From assembly GCA_034522515.1 (NCBI GenBank), contig JAXHLF010000025.1, positions 32,498 to 96,497 on the forward strand: a stretch of DNA of 64,000 nucleotides, written 5' to 3'. Made by a program: the position numbers and the translations under genes. The notes under the pieces are model-generated. The model was not told where the DNA came from, did not search any database, and saw only the letters and a program-made list of their open reading frames with translations. Every line of letters begins with the position of its first letter. Position 1 is the stretch's first letter. The stretch comes from Bacteroidales bacterium. GTDB taxonomy: Bacteria; Bacteroidota; Bacteroidia; Bacteroidales; VadinHA17. Of this stretch, positions 10,629 to 20,521 are shown one piece after another.

Positions 10629-11513
10629 ATGAAAAAGAGCTCCCGGGCATATCTTTATGCAGCTCTTTCCGTATTCCTGTGGGGGACCATCCCCACAGCC
10701 TTCAAGATAGCTCTCTCGGAGTTGAGTATCGTGACCATGCTTGGCATAACCACGCTGGTTTCCACCATCGTTTTGTTTATCATTGTTGCCTCCGCCGGCA
10801 AGCTGAAACAGCTGGGGAAGATGACCCGTAAGGATTTACTGTGGTCAGCACTGCTTGGCCTGATCTCCCCCGTGGGTTATTATCTGATCCTTCTCACGGC
10901 CTACAGCCGGCTGCCGGGCCAGGTGGCCCAGCCGATAAACATGATATGGCCAATTTTCCTCGTCTTCTTTTCAATACCGCTGCTTCATCAGCGTATCCCC
11001 GCCCGAAGCTTCATTGCACTGTTCATCAGCCTTGCAGGAGTATATATCATAGCATCACAGGGGGCTCTCTTTCATCCCGGGAAGTCTGACACGGCAGGCG
11101 TGTTGCTGGCACTTGTAAGCGGCGTGCTTTGGGCCCTTTACTTCGTCCTCAATGTACGCGACAGCCGTGACGAAGCCGTAAAACTATTCACCAACTTCCT
11201 GTTTGGCACTGTTTATATGGGGGTGATTATGCTGGCCCAAGGCTCCTTCAGCGAACCGGTGAGCCTTAAGGGTGCAGCAGCATCGGTATACTGCGGTGTC
11301 TTTGAGATGGGCATCACCTTCTGGCTCTGGCTGAGGGCACTGCAACTGGCTGAGACAACCGACAGGGTAAGTAACCTCGTCTATTTCGCCCCTTTCATCT
11401 CACTGATCCTGCTTCACTTTATAATTGACGAACCCATTTATTATACCACCCCACTGGGGCTGCTCCTTATCATAGGAAGCGTCCTGTTTCAGAACCGGGG
11501 CAAAAAAGCCTGA
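10629..11513 (+). CDS. EamA/DMT family transporter
   Basis: 294-aa protein with about 10 TM segments and two EamA-like halves. Confidence 0.75.
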   Translation: MKKSSRAYLYAALSVFLWGTIPTAFKIALSELSIVTMLGITTLVSTIVLFIIVASAGKLKQLGKMTRKDLLWSALLGLISPVGYYLILLTAYSRLPGQVAQPINMIWPIFLVFFSIPLLHQRIPARSFIALFISLAGVYIIASQGALFHPGKSDTAGVLLALVSGVLWALYFVLNVRDSRDEAVKLFTNFLFGTVYMGVIMLAQGSFSEPVSLKGAAASVYCGVFEMGITFWLWLRALQLAETTDRVSNLVYFAPFISLILLHFIIDEPIYYTTPLGLLLIIGSVLFQNRGKKA

Positions 11514-11561
11514 ACCAAACGGCACATTTTTTGTGGTTCCTGTCAAATAAATAAAAGCGAA

Positions 11562-12898
11562 ATGAAAAAAATTGTCTTGACAACCCCCTTGATAATTCCC
11601 CTTCTTTCCGGCTGCAGAAAGGATCCCGATCCTGTCGATGAATACACGCTTGAAGAGCGGGCGCGAGATGGTCTTTATGACCTGATGAAATATGCCTACC
11701 TGTGGTACAATGCCATGCCCACGGTAAAGATCTCAGACTTTGACGGTCCTGAGGAGATACTCGAAGGCCTGCGATACAAAACCAGGGATAAATGGAGCTT
11801 TGTGACAGATTACGAGAGTTTTATGGCCTCAATGCAGGGCACTTTCGTAGGTCATGGCATCAGGATGAGTCTTGACAACTCAAACATCGTGAGGGTTGTC
11901 AGTCTTTATGAAGGGTCTGACCTCTGGCCCAGGGGTGTCAGGAGAGGATGGATAATCAGGGAGATAAATGATACACCCGTCGCCCCTGTTTTTATTTCAG
12001 GCGATGACGCGGCCTACAATGCGCTCATGGGGCCGTCAACGGCCGGCCATAACTAACAAGTTCCTTTTTCAGAAGCCTGACGGCACCACCGTGACCTACA
12101 GCTCAACGAAAGCAAGCTTCACCATCAACTCCGTGACTGCCGCGAAAATTCTTGACCTGACCAGCGGGAAGACCGGGTACCTAAGCTTTGAGAACATTTA
12201 TCGACCCTTCCGAGCAGGAGCTCAATGAGGCGTTTGTAGATTTCAAGGCCAGTAATGTCACTGATCTTATCATCGACCTCCGGTACAATACAGGAGGCTA
12301 CATGGATATTGCCCAGCAGCTCTCGAGCCTGGTGACAAAGGCTGCTGACACCTCAAAGGTATGTATCACGCCCAAGTACAACAGTCTGGTAGGGCCCGAC
12401 TGGGATGAGAGCTATAAGTTCATACGGACAGAAAGTCCTCTCGGTCTTGACCGTGTTGTCTTCATCACTTCACGCAGCTCCGCATCCGCGAGTGAGGTTG
12501 TGATAAACAGTCTGAAGCCATATGTCGATGTCACCATCGTGGGTGACACCACCCATGGCAAGCCGGCCGGGATGAATATATGGGGGTACCCCTTCCCATC
12601 CAACAGCAATCCCAACCCTGACTATGAATATGTCTTCGCTCCCATTACGTTTGAGTACGTCAATTCAACTGGCGAAGGTCGTTTTTATGAAGGCATGGTA
12701 CCGGACATTATGGCCGCCGATGATATCACACGAGACTTTGGCGATCCGCAGGAGGCATCGCTTGCTGCGGCCATCGGCTTCCTCCAGGGCACAAAAGCCA
12801 AAAGCAGTACACCGATAAGACGCAGCCGTGTCTTCTCGGAAGGTGATCAGCTGCCGGCAAATCTCTACCTTGGTCCGCCTCAATCATTCAGGAAGTGA
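11562..12898 (+). CDS. S41 family (C-terminal processing-type) peptidase lipoprotein, frameshifted near 12010 and 12200
   Basis: Lipoprotein signal MKKIVLTTPLIIPLLSGC. Fragments 11562..12056, 11968..12228 and 12188..12898 join into one protein. S41 motifs IIDLRYNTGGY, SRSSASASEVVINSL and GDTTHGKP. Confidence 0.75.
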
Positions 12899-13455
12899 AG
12901 ACGCGCGAAGGTGAAAAGATAATCCTTGGGATTGACCCCGGTACCACTGTCACTGGTTACGGCCTGATAAGTGTCTCCGGCAAGACCCCTTCGCTGATCA
13001 CGCTTGGCATTATCGACCTCCGCAGGGAGACGGATCACTTCAGAAAGATACGTACGATCTTTGAGCAGACGCTCTCGCTGATAGACCAGTATCACCCTGA
13101 CGAGTTTGCCATTGAGGCGCAGTTCTTCGGCAAGAATGTACAGAGCATGCTCAAGCTGGGCAGGGCGCAGGGAGCAGCCATCTCCGCTGCCCTGTACCGC
13201 GACCTGCCTGTATCCGAGTATGCCCCGAGGATGATCAAGATGTCAATCACCGGACAGGGGCAGGCAAGCAAGGAGCAGGTGTCTGCTATGCTGAGGACAA
13301 TACTTTCCTTCCAGGGTGAAAAGATGGTGCTTGATGCCACTGACGCCCTCGGTGCGGCCCTGTGCCACTTCTACCAGAGCGGCAAGCCGGCATCGGGAAA
13401 GTCAAAAAGCTGGGAAGATTTCGTCAAGAAAAACAGCGGCCGGGTCAAAGGGTAA
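12895..13455 (+). CDS. ruvC: Crossover junction endodeoxyribonuclease RuvC
   Basis: IILGIDPGTTVTGYGLI, DEFAIEAQFFGKNVQSMLKLGRAQG and DATDALGAALCH are RuvC motifs. The GTG start overlaps the upstream stop. Confidence 0.9.
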   Translation: MKTREGEKIILGIDPGTTVTGYGLISVSGKTPSLITLGIIDLRRETDHFRKIRTIFEQTLSLIDQYHPDEFAIEAQFFGKNVQSMLKLGRAQGAAISAALYRDLPVSEYAPRMIKMSITGQGQASKEQVSAMLRTILSFQGEKMVLDATDALGAALCHFYQSGKPASGKSKSWEDFVKKNSGRVKG

Positions 13456-14176
13456 GCTTCTGTGCTGCCGCCAGGGCCACAACGCTCACCCTGACGTCGC
13501 CGGCCTCATGCAGGGCATTAACGCATGCTTCCATCGTTGATCCGGTGGTGATTACATCATCAGCCACAAGGATGTGTCTGCCAACTATCTCAGCGGGCCT
13601 GAGGACGGCAAAGAGACCCTCCACGTTCTCCCATCGCTCATACCTGCCGCGTCTTGTCTGCGACCCTGACCTGCCGGTCCGGATCAGGATGTCATTCCTG
13701 ACCGGCACACGGCTTGTTGCTGACAACCCCTGCGCAATAAAGTCGCTCTGGTTGTACCCTCTCTTTCTCTTCCTGTCGGCGCTGAGGGGCACAGGCACAA
13801 TAAAGTCAATGCCTTCCATGAATCCGCTCTTCATCAGAGTGGACCCGTAAAGCTCTCCCAGCATCTTACCGATCTCCCTCCTGCCATCATACTTAAGAGC
13901 AAATATCAGTTTCCTGATGCGGCTCCCCCGGTTATATACCGAGAAGGCAGCCGCCCGATCAACCTGGCACCTGCCCCAGAATGCCTGCTCAAGCATGTTA
14001 TCGCGCCGCAGGTGAAAATCAGTCCTGGCCATTGAGAGCAGGCATTCCGTGCACAGCACCTCCTCCCCTCGGACGAGATGAGCCCTGCAGGCGAGGCACA
14101 GCCGCGGCAGGAAAAGACTCAGAAAGTCGTCGACAATATCTTTAATATGAGACACTTCACAGCGAGAAGCAAACAT
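13445..14176 (-). CDS. ComF family protein (phosphoribosyltransferase domain)
   Basis: N-terminal double CxxC (CLACRAHL...CTEC) and C-terminal PRTase motif ILVADDVITTGSTMEA. Confidence 0.8.
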   Translation of the reverse strand: MFASRCEVSHIKDIVDDFLSLFLPRLCLACRAHLVRGEEVLCTECLLSMARTDFHLRRDNMLEQAFWGRCQVDRAAAFSVYNRGSRIRKLIFALKYDGRREIGKMLGELYGSTLMKSGFMEGIDFIVPVPLSADRKRKRGYNQSDFIAQGLSATSRVPVRNDILIRTGRSGSQTRRGRYERWENVEGLFAVLRPAEIVGRHILVADDVITTGSTMEACVNALHEAGDVRVSVVALAAAQKLTL

Positions 14177-14265
14177 AAAGTTATGATAATTATGATAAAT
14201 AGCAGTTGACTGATAAAAATTTTTCTATATTGCACACGTTATTAAACAAATCAATTTACACAAGA

Positions 14266-14589
14266 ATGAAAAAATGGATGATTGGCAGCCTTTTACTCAT
14301 CGCAATGATGGTTGCGGCTGCAGGCGTATATGCTCAGACTACCGACAAGGAGAAAAAGAACTCCAAGAGTGAGTGCACTTTTGTCGATAAGGACAAGGAT
14401 GGCAAGTGTGACACATGCGGTTCTGCCGCAGACGCATGCAAGAAGGCTTGCACGACTACTACTGCCACTGGCAAGGACTGCTCCAAGTGCCCGTCAGCTG
14501 CTGCATGCGGCGAAACCAAGGGTGAAGTGGTACCTGTTGCAAAGGAAGGTACAGCCGCAGTAAAACCATGCTGCGCAGTCAAGAAGTAA
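14266..14589 (+). CDS. Small secreted cysteine-rich protein (hypothetical)
   Basis: Signal peptide MKKWMIGSLLLIAMMVAAAGVYAQ. The mature part of about 84 aa has 10 Cys (CDTC, ACKKAC, DCSKC, CC). The start is taken at ATG 14266 inside ORF 14206..14589. A terminator follows. Confidence 0.6.
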   Translation: MKKWMIGSLLLIAMMVAAAGVYAQTTDKEKKNSKSECTFVDKDKDGKCDTCGSAADACKKACTTTTATGKDCSKCPSAAACGETKGEVVPVAKEGTAAVKPCCAVKK

Positions 14590-14608
14590 AATCCTGCTGA
14601 TAAGAAAA

Positions 14609-14643
14609 AGAGGCTGTCTCATATGGGGCAGCCTTTCTTTTTT
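14609..14643 (+). terminator. Rho-independent terminator
   Basis: Stem around AGGCTG (14611-14616) / CAGCCT (14629-14634), followed by a T-rich run TTTCTTTTTT. Confidence 0.65.
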
Positions 14644-14682
14644 ACCCTGTCAGTGACAGGGATTTTTTATCTGTTTGCCGGA

Positions 14683-15081
14683 TCAGAGCCGGACATGTTC
14701 GCTGATAGCCCTCGCTAAGCGCTCATTCTCTTCCGCAGATGGTGACACCCGGGGGTTTGTGAAGAGAAGATCCGACTCCCTGTTTAAGGGGACGAGGTGT
14801 ATGTGGGCATGAGGCACCTCAAGCCCTATCACTGCCACACCGATTCTTTTGCACTCTATCACCTCCTTCATCGCCGCGGCCACTTTCTGTGCGAAGAGCA
14901 TCATGCCGGCAAGGGTCTGTTCATCAAGATCGAAGATATAATCCACCTCCTTTTTGGGAACAACAAGGGTATGACCCGGCCTCAGCGGTCTGACGTCGAG
15001 AAAGGCAATAAAGCGGTCATCTTCGGCAACCCTGTGACAGGGTATCTCGCCGTTGATTATCCGTGTAAAAATCGATGCCAT
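14683..15081 (-). CDS. HIT (histidine triad) family protein
   Basis: MASIFTRIINGEIPCHRVAEDDRFIAFLD...HAHIHLVP is the histidine triad pattern. The start is taken at the internal ATG 15081. Confidence 0.85.
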   Translation of the reverse strand: MASIFTRIINGEIPCHRVAEDDRFIAFLDVRPLRPGHTLVVPKKEVDYIFDLDEQTLAGMMLFAQKVAAAMKEVIECKRIGVAVIGLEVPHAHIHLVPLNRESDLLFTNPRVSPSAEENERLARAISEHVRL

Positions 15082-15094
15082 TGCACTGCTCTTT

Positions 15095-15565
15095 TCAGAT
15101 TGATATCTCAACTATCTCAAAGGGTATAACTCCGGCGGGGACTTTTACTTCCACCACGTCGCCCACCTTCTTTCCCATGATGCCCTGCGCTATTGGAGAA
15201 GTAGCGGCCAGCTTGCCCTGCTTTAGGTTAGCCTCTGTCTCAGGCACAAGCTGGTACTCCATGGTCAGACCGCTGGTTCTGTTGCGAATCCTGACCCTGT
15301 TAAGGATCTGCACCGAAGTGGTGTTGATCCTCGATCCGTCAATAATACGTGCCCGGGCTACCTGGTCTTCGAGGCGGGCTATCTTCATTTCAAGCATGCC
15401 CTGCGCATCCTTGGCGGCAGAATATTCAGCATTCTCGGTAAGGTCGCCCTTATCGCGTGCCTCTGCAATCATTCGCGCAATAGCCGGCCTTTCATTACGG
15501 AGCAGATCAAGTTCCTCCTTCATCTTCTGGAGACCCTCTTCTGTTACATAGATAAATTCCGACAT
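15095..15565 (-). CDS. greA: Transcription elongation factor GreA
   Basis: 156 aa. Contains GDLTENAEYSAAKDAQG and the C-terminal FKBP-like domain ...ISPIAQGIMGKKVGD. Confidence 0.9.
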   Translation of the reverse strand: MSEFIYVTEEGLQKMKEELDLLRNERPAIARMIAEARDKGDLTENAEYSAAKDAQGMLEMKIARLEDQVARARIIDGSRINTTSVQILNRVRIRNRTSGLTMEYQLVPETEANLKQGKLAATSPIAQGIMGKKVGDVVEVKVPAGVIPFEIVEISI

Positions 15566-15688
15566 AATTCTTCAGTAATAGGTTAAAAAATAAGAAGAAT
15601 CCCGGCATTACCGGAACTCTTCAAAGAACAAATATACAAATTTTTTAATTAAAAACCAAATCAAGTCTCTTCACTAATAATCAGAATA

Positions 15689-16249
15689 TCAGGCAGAGTA
15701 CTCGGCTCTGTTTAGCAAAGCTGAATAAATAACTGCCTTTTTCAGGTCGAATCCGCCTGAAAGAATTTCACTGCCCGGCCTGACGTTGTAATCATACTCC
15801 GGTGCATCTCCTATCTCAGTCTCAGAGATCTCGGTATGGACAAAATCACTCGTCTGGAAATCCTTGAATGCGGAGGCTCCCTCGGATGCGAAGGCAGAGG
15901 CCATCGAATCCTCTATTGATCCCTCCATGGCAAAGGCTTCGGCCATTGTCGCAGCTGCTGAGCCCTCCCTGCTGAATCTTTTGGCCAGCTGATCCTCATA
16001 CTTTCCCTCCATGGAAGGTTCCATGGGCATAAACTGCGGCCTTCGCTGCTGCCGGGGTGCAGGTGTCGGTACCGTACGCGCCGGTGCCGTACGCACTGGC
16101 GGCGTCATCTCCTCTTCGTCAGGCATGCGCTGCAACACTTTTTTCGGAGGTGCCTGTGGCTTCTTGCCCTTGCCCTTAAATGAGCCGGCAAGAGCGATAA
16201 TCCCCAGAATAATGTAGAAAATCAATCCGCCTAATCCACCGTCTTCCAT
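15689..16249 (-). CDS. Hypothetical membrane-anchored proline-rich protein
   Basis: N-terminal TM segment GLIFYIILGIIALAGSF, then a K/P-rich linker and an acidic A/E/S-rich region. Lies 5 nt downstream of the preceding ORF on the same strand. Confidence 0.5.
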   Translation of the reverse strand: MEDGGLGGLIFYIILGIIALAGSFKGKGKKPQAPPKKVLQRMPDEEEMTPPVRTAPARTVPTPAPRQQRRPQFMPMEPSMEGKYEDQLAKRFSREGSAAATMAEAFAMEGSIEDSMASAFASEGASAFKDFQTSDFVHTEISETEIGDAPEYDYNVRPGSEILSGGFDLKKAVIYSALLNRAEYSA

Positions 16250-16254
16250 AATCT

Positions 16255-16800
16255 TCAGTATTTTTTGATCTTGTGCTGTTTAAGTTTTGGCTGCTTCTTC
16301 GGATCCTCCATCTTTGACTTTGCCTTATTCTTCTGCTGCCTGAGCTCCGGCTGCTTCCGGGGATCCTTTGTTTTCGGCTTTGCCTTAGCCTTTGCGGGTT
16401 TCGGTTGTTCCGGCTTCTTCAGCTCCGGCTTTGTCTGCTCTTTCCGCTGTTTCTGCTTCTTGACCTTGTATTTCGATTCAGTGTTTTTGCTGTTGTTATC
16501 CATGCGCATTCTGGTCTCTTCACTCTGGCTCTCATAGTGCTTCTTTCTCAGCTCCTTGAGTTGCTTCTCATCCTCCTTGTCACGTCTGGCCTCCTTCTTC
16601 TCCTGCTCCTTCATGGCCCTGGCAGCCTTACCGCTTGCCTTGCCTTCTTCGTAGGGCTTGCTCTTGCCGGTCTTCCCGAACATCTCCTTCTCTGCCTTTT
16701 TGGTTGCATTGCGCTGAGCATTGCAGTCGGTGGCACGAGCCGCAAAGAGGAGAAGTGACAGAATAACAAGGAACTTTATAAATACTATCTTATGCTTCAT
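16255..16800 (-). CDS. Hypothetical secreted lysine-rich protein with internal repeats
   Basis: Signal peptide MKHKIVFIKFLVILSLLLFAARA. About 35-40 percent K/E/R/Q. C-terminal duplicated motif K.KDP(R/K)KQP(E/K)L(R/K)Q(Q/H)K. The start is taken at ATG 16800. Confidence 0.5.
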   Translation of the reverse strand: MKHKIVFIKFLVILSLLLFAARATDCNAQRNATKKAEKEMFGKTGKSKPYEEGKASGKAARAMKEQEKKEARRDKEDEKQLKELRKKHYESQSEETRMRMDNNSKNTESKYKVKKQKQRKEQTKPELKKPEQPKPAKAKAKPKTKDPRKQPELRQQKNKAKSKMEDPKKQPKLKQHKIKKY

Positions 16801-16837
16801 TTCGTTTGTCAGGTGTGCCCCGAAGGACATAAATGGT

Positions 16838-16845
16838 TACTTTTG
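16838..16845 (+). promoter_or_regulatory. Bacteroidota -7 promoter box (TACTTTTG)
   Basis: TAnnTTTG match 20 nt upstream of ATG 16865. Confidence 0.4.
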
Positions 16846-16864
16846 CAGAAACTCAGATAATCGC

Positions 16865-17350
16865 ATGTCAGGTTCAAATGTAAAGATTTTTTTCATCATC
16901 ACCTCGGCTCTCCTGCTGACAATGTCATGCGACCGGGAGAAAAATGAGGTTATCCCTGACATTACCATTGATTTTACCATTAACTTCTCAGACCCTGAGT
17001 TCTTTGATCTTTATTACTCCCCCGGAATAAGTGCGCTGATCAGCTCTTCCCACAGGCATCTTGGCATCGGCACCGGCGGATTTGACAACAACGGCATCAT
17101 CATATATAATACGGGGCTGCAGGGATTCGAATACTCTGCCTTTGACCGCACCTGTCCGCATTGCTATGTAACCGAGAGTGCCAGCCTTGCCGTCAACATT
17201 GACGGGGTATATGCCGTATGTCCGAGATGCTCCACAAATTATGCCCTCGGAGCATCAGGTCTTCCCCAGACCGGTCCGGGTCAATACTATCTCAAGAATT
17301 ATCAGACCGGGTACACCGGCCAGAGCTTAAGGGTCTGGAACAGGAAATAA
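16865..17350 (+). CDS. Lipoprotein with paired CPxC knuckles (Rieske-/zinc-ribbon-like), hypothetical
   Basis: Lipoprotein signal MSGSNVKIFFIITSALLLTMSC. Contains the motif FDRTCPHC-x19-CPRC. The start is taken at ATG 16865 inside ORF 16721..17350. Confidence 0.55.
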   Translation: MSGSNVKIFFIITSALLLTMSCDREKNEVIPDITIDFTINFSDPEFFDLYYSPGISALISSSHRHLGIGTGGFDNNGIIIYNTGLQGFEYSAFDRTCPHCYVTESASLAVNIDGVYAVCPRCSTNYALGASGLPQTGPGQYYLKNYQTGYTGQSLRVWNRK

Positions 17351-17356
17351 AATCTT

Positions 17357-18772
17357 CTAATACCTGTAATGCTCAGGCTTATAGGGTCCTTCAGACGGGA
17401 CGCCAATATAGTCGGCCTGCTCCTTCGTCAACTTTGTAAGATCGACTCCCAGTTGTGCCAGATGCAGCCGTGCGACCTCTTCATCGAGATGCTTCGGCAG
17501 CCTGTAAACCCCTGTCTTATAATCCCCGGTCCATAGTTCAATCTGAGCCAGCGTCTGGTTGCTGAATGAGTTGCTCATTACAAAAGAAGGGTGGCCCGTG
17601 GCGCAGCCAAGGTTTACCAGTCGCCCTTCGGCGAGCAGGAAAATGGCATGACCGTCGGGGAAGACATATTTGTCTACCTGGGGCTTGATATTGATCTTCT
17701 TGACGCCCTTGTAGTCATTGAGAAGGTCAACCTGTATCTCATTGTCAAAGTGTCCTATATTGCAGACGATGGCCTGATCCTTCATCTTCTCCATATGCTC
17801 TATGGTGATGATGTCACGGTTGCCGGTTGCAGCGACGAAGATGTTCCCCTCCGGGAGCGTCTCCTCCACGGTCTTAACCTCAAAACCCTCCATGGATGCC
17901 TGGAGAGCACATATGGGATCTATCTCGGTCACTATGACCCTGGCACCGTACGAACGCATCGAGCGGGCTGATCCTTTGCCCACGTCTCCATAACCGCATA
18001 CAACAACCACCTTGCCTGCGATCATCACATCGGTAGCCCTTTTGATGCCATCGGCAAGCGACTCACGGCAGCCGTAGAGGTTGTCGAACTTGCTCTTGGT
18101 CACCGAATCATTTACGTTTATGGCAGGGACGAGCAGCTCGCCCGCCTCCATCATCTGGTAAAGACGGTGCACGCCTGTGGTGGTCTCCTCTGAGATTCCC
18201 ACCATCTCCTTCACCGTCCTGCTCCATTTCTCAGGGTCTTCTGCAAGAATCTTCCTGAGTGTGTCGATGATTATTGCCTCTTCCCTGCTTGCCGGGTTGG
18301 CGTCAAGCACCGATGGGTCAGTCTCTGCCTTGTACCCCATGTGAACCAGCAGTGATGCATCACCGCCATCATCAACGATGAGATTGGGACCCATGCCGCC
18401 GGGGAATGAAAGCGCCTGCGCGGTGCACCACCAGTACTCTTCGAGCGTCTCGCCCTTCCATGCAAAAACAGGAATGCCTGCAGCGGCAATTGCTGCGGCG
18501 GCATGATCCTGGGTTGAGAAAATATTGCAGCTCGCCCATCTGACGTCTGCGCCAAGATCACGCAGTGTCTCAATGAGCACGGCCGTCTGTATTGTCATGT
18601 GCAGCGAGCCCGTGACCCTGGCACCTTTGAGAGGCTTTGCAACCGAATGCTTATTTCTGAGCGAGAGAAGGCCCGGCATCTCCTTCTCGGCAATTTCTAT
18701 CTCCTTTCGGCCGAATTCAGCCAGTGCAATATCCTTTACCTTGTATGAAAGTTCGTTGTTGATGTATGACAT
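17357..18772 (-). CDS. ahcY: Adenosylhomocysteinase
   Basis: [35 protein letters not shown]..., NAD-binding [10 protein letters not shown], and C-terminal [10 protein letters not shown]. About 471 aa when started at ATG 18772. Confidence 0.92.
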   Translation of the reverse strand: MSYINNELSYKVKDIALAEFGRKEIEIAEKEMPGLLSLRNKHSVAKPLKGARVTGSLHMTIQTAVLIETLRDLGADVRWASCNIFSTQDHAAAAIAAAGIPVFAWKGETLEEYWWCTAQALSFPGGMGPNLIVDDGGDASLLVHMGYKAETDPSVLDANPASREEAIIIDTLRKILAEDPEKWSRTVKEMVGISEETTTGVHRLYQMMEAGELLVPAINVNDSVTKSKFDNLYGCRESLADGIKRATDVMIAGKVVVVCGYGDVGKGSARSMRSYGARVIVTEIDPICALQASMEGFEVKTVEETLPEGNIFVAATGNRDIITIEHMEKMKDQAIVCNIGHFDNEIQVDLLNDYKGVKKINIKPQVDKYVFPDGHAIFLLAEGRLVNLGCATGHPSFVMSNSFSNQTLAQIELWTGDYKTGVYRLPKHLDEEVARLHLAQLGVDLTKLTKEQADYIGVPSEGPYKPEHYRY

Positions 18773-18824
18773 GATCAATATTATTTTTAGGTCTGCAAAG
18801 ATAACTAAAAAGCTGCACAATTGT

Positions 18825-19763
18825 TCAGCGGCGCAACAGGGCGATCGTCCTTTCACGATCCATAGCCAACTGTGCTGCCAGTGAGTCAATGCTGTCGAAT
18901 TTCATCTCGTCACGCAACCTTTCGCGGAACCTTACGGTGACGGTCTTTCCGTACAGGTCTGATTCAAAATCAATAATATGGGCCTCAATGGTGCTTCTGC
19001 CGTCATTCTCCGTTATCGTTGGTCTCACTCCGATGTTGAGCATGGCCACATGCCACACGTGATCACCCTCAACCATGATCTCAACGGCGTAAACTCCTGC
19101 CCCGGGGATCAGTTTGTAAACAAAAGAAGGCGCAATATTTGCCGTGGGGAAGCCCATACCCCGTCCGATCCTCTTTCCGGAGACTACTTTCCCCTTCAGG
19201 CTGTAGTCATAACCCAGCATGGCCGATGCCTTTCTGGTATCGCCCCCTTTCAGGAGCCCTCTAATCAGAGAGGAGCTGACCGCCTCTCCGCCGATCATGA
19301 ATGCCTCCTCGCGCGTGACTCTGAAATCCATTTTGCCGGAACACTCAATGATGGTTTTGGTGTCGCCCTCATGACGCCTCCCGAAGTGATGGTTAAAGCC
19401 GGTGATGAGATGCCTCAGGCCCAGGTGACGGCACAGTATCGAGTCTACAAACTCTTCGGCAGTCATACGGCTCAGCTCAGGGGTAAAGGGAATAATGACA
19501 AGATGGTCTATGCCTGTCTGGCGAAGAAGGTATATCCGTTCCTCAATGTCAGTCAGGAAACGAAGATGGCTTGGATCACCGGTAAGAACAATGCGGGGGT
19601 GAGGATCAAAGGTGACAGCCACTGCATCCGACCGGCTCTTGCCCGCTTCGGCCACCACACGGCCAAGAAGCATGCGGTGGCCAAGGTGAACACCGTCAAA
19701 AACACCCATGGTAACCACAGGATCCCTGAAGTGCAGGTCGAAATATCCTTCGTGAATGATCAT
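18825..19763 (-). CDS. ribF: Bifunctional riboflavin kinase / FAD synthetase
   Basis: [14 protein letters not shown] is the nucleotidyltransferase motif. The C-terminal riboflavin kinase region reads GFPTANI...GVRPT...EAHI.DF. 312 aa. Confidence 0.9.
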   Translation of the reverse strand: MIIHEGYFDLHFRDPVVTMGVFDGVHLGHRMLLGRVVAEAGKSRSDAVAVTFDPHPRIVLTGDPSHLRFLTDIEERIYLLRQTGIDHLVIIPFTPELSRMTAEEFVDSILCRHLGLRHLITGFNHHFGRRHEGDTKTIIECSGKMDFRVTREEAFMIGGEAVSSSLIRGLLKGGDTRKASAMLGYDYSLKGKVVSGKRIGRGMGFPTANIAPSFVYKLIPGAGVYAVEIMVEGDHVWHVAMLNIGVRPTITENDGRSTIEAHIIDFESDLYGKTVTVRFRERLRDEMKFDSIDSLAAQLAMDRERTIALLRR

Positions 19764-19798
19764 AGCCCGGTCAGCCGACTACAAATTTATTCTTAATA

Positions 19799-20515
19799 TT
19801 GTATTTCTTAGCATCTGATAAAATGGAAGGACTTGCATCGGTACGGGGGAGACTGATCGTGATATTGGTCGTTTTTATGGCCTTTATCCAGACAGCCCTC
19901 TCTTCCTCCTGCCACCAGAATACAGATAATCAGCAGGATACAGCGTACTTAATGCAGCAACTTCATAACGGGAGGGTATGGGAAAAGAAGTACGACCAGG
20001 TGTCCGGCCATGAGTTTTTTCTTACCGAGGCCCTGTCGGAGGCATCCTTAACGATTGAAGAGAGAACCTTCAATAAACAGCTGATCTGGTATGACATCCT
20101 TAATGACCGCATTGTGCTGATGGTCCGCCCAGGCCTCTTCGTTGAGGCAGACGGAGAAAACGTCAGCCAGTTCACCCTCACCTATCTGAACAACAAATAC
20201 ATCTTCAGGTACTTCGGAGAAAAGGGGTACTGTCAGCTGTTGCACAATGGAAGGGTACTGCTTGTAAGGAAATACGTCAAAGTAATAAAGAAGAACGCCG
20301 TCAACGGTAGTTTTGATGCCTTTGAGGAGGAGATATCTGACTACCTGGTAAAGGACGGGCGTTTCACCAGGCTCCGGGCAAGGAAGGACCTCTTCACGGT
20401 TCTGGCTGACAGGGAAACGGAGGTCCGGCATTTCATACGTGACAATAATATATGGTTGGATCCTAAAAGACCAGAGTCGCTCATCCCTATCCTGGAATTT
20501 TACGATTCATTGTAA
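19799..20515 (+). CDS. Hypothetical protein (N-terminal signal/anchor), first gene of the TonB-receptor cluster
   Basis: 238-aa ORF with a TTG start. An alternative ATG at 19823 gives MEGLASVRGRLIVILVVFMAFIQTAL. I recognise no family. It ends 6 nt before the receptor gene. Confidence 0.5.
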   Translation: MYFLASDKMEGLASVRGRLIVILVVFMAFIQTALSSSCHQNTDNQQDTAYLMQQLHNGRVWEKKYDQVSGHEFFLTEALSEASLTIEERTFNKQLIWYDILNDRIVLMVRPGLFVEADGENVSQFTLTYLNNKYIFRYFGEKGYCQLLHNGRVLLVRKYVKVIKKNAVNGSFDAFEEEISDYLVKDGRFTRLRARKDLFTVLADRETEVRHFIRDNNIWLDPKRPESLIPILEFYDSL

Positions 20516-20521
20516 AAGCGA

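Noticed and set aside
16265-16758. Plus-strand ORFs 16265..16537 and 16405..16758 (F/L/C-rich)
   Set aside because: They are antisense products of the lysine-rich gene: AAG/AAA codons read as CTT/TTT on the opposite strand. They have no start context or promoter box.
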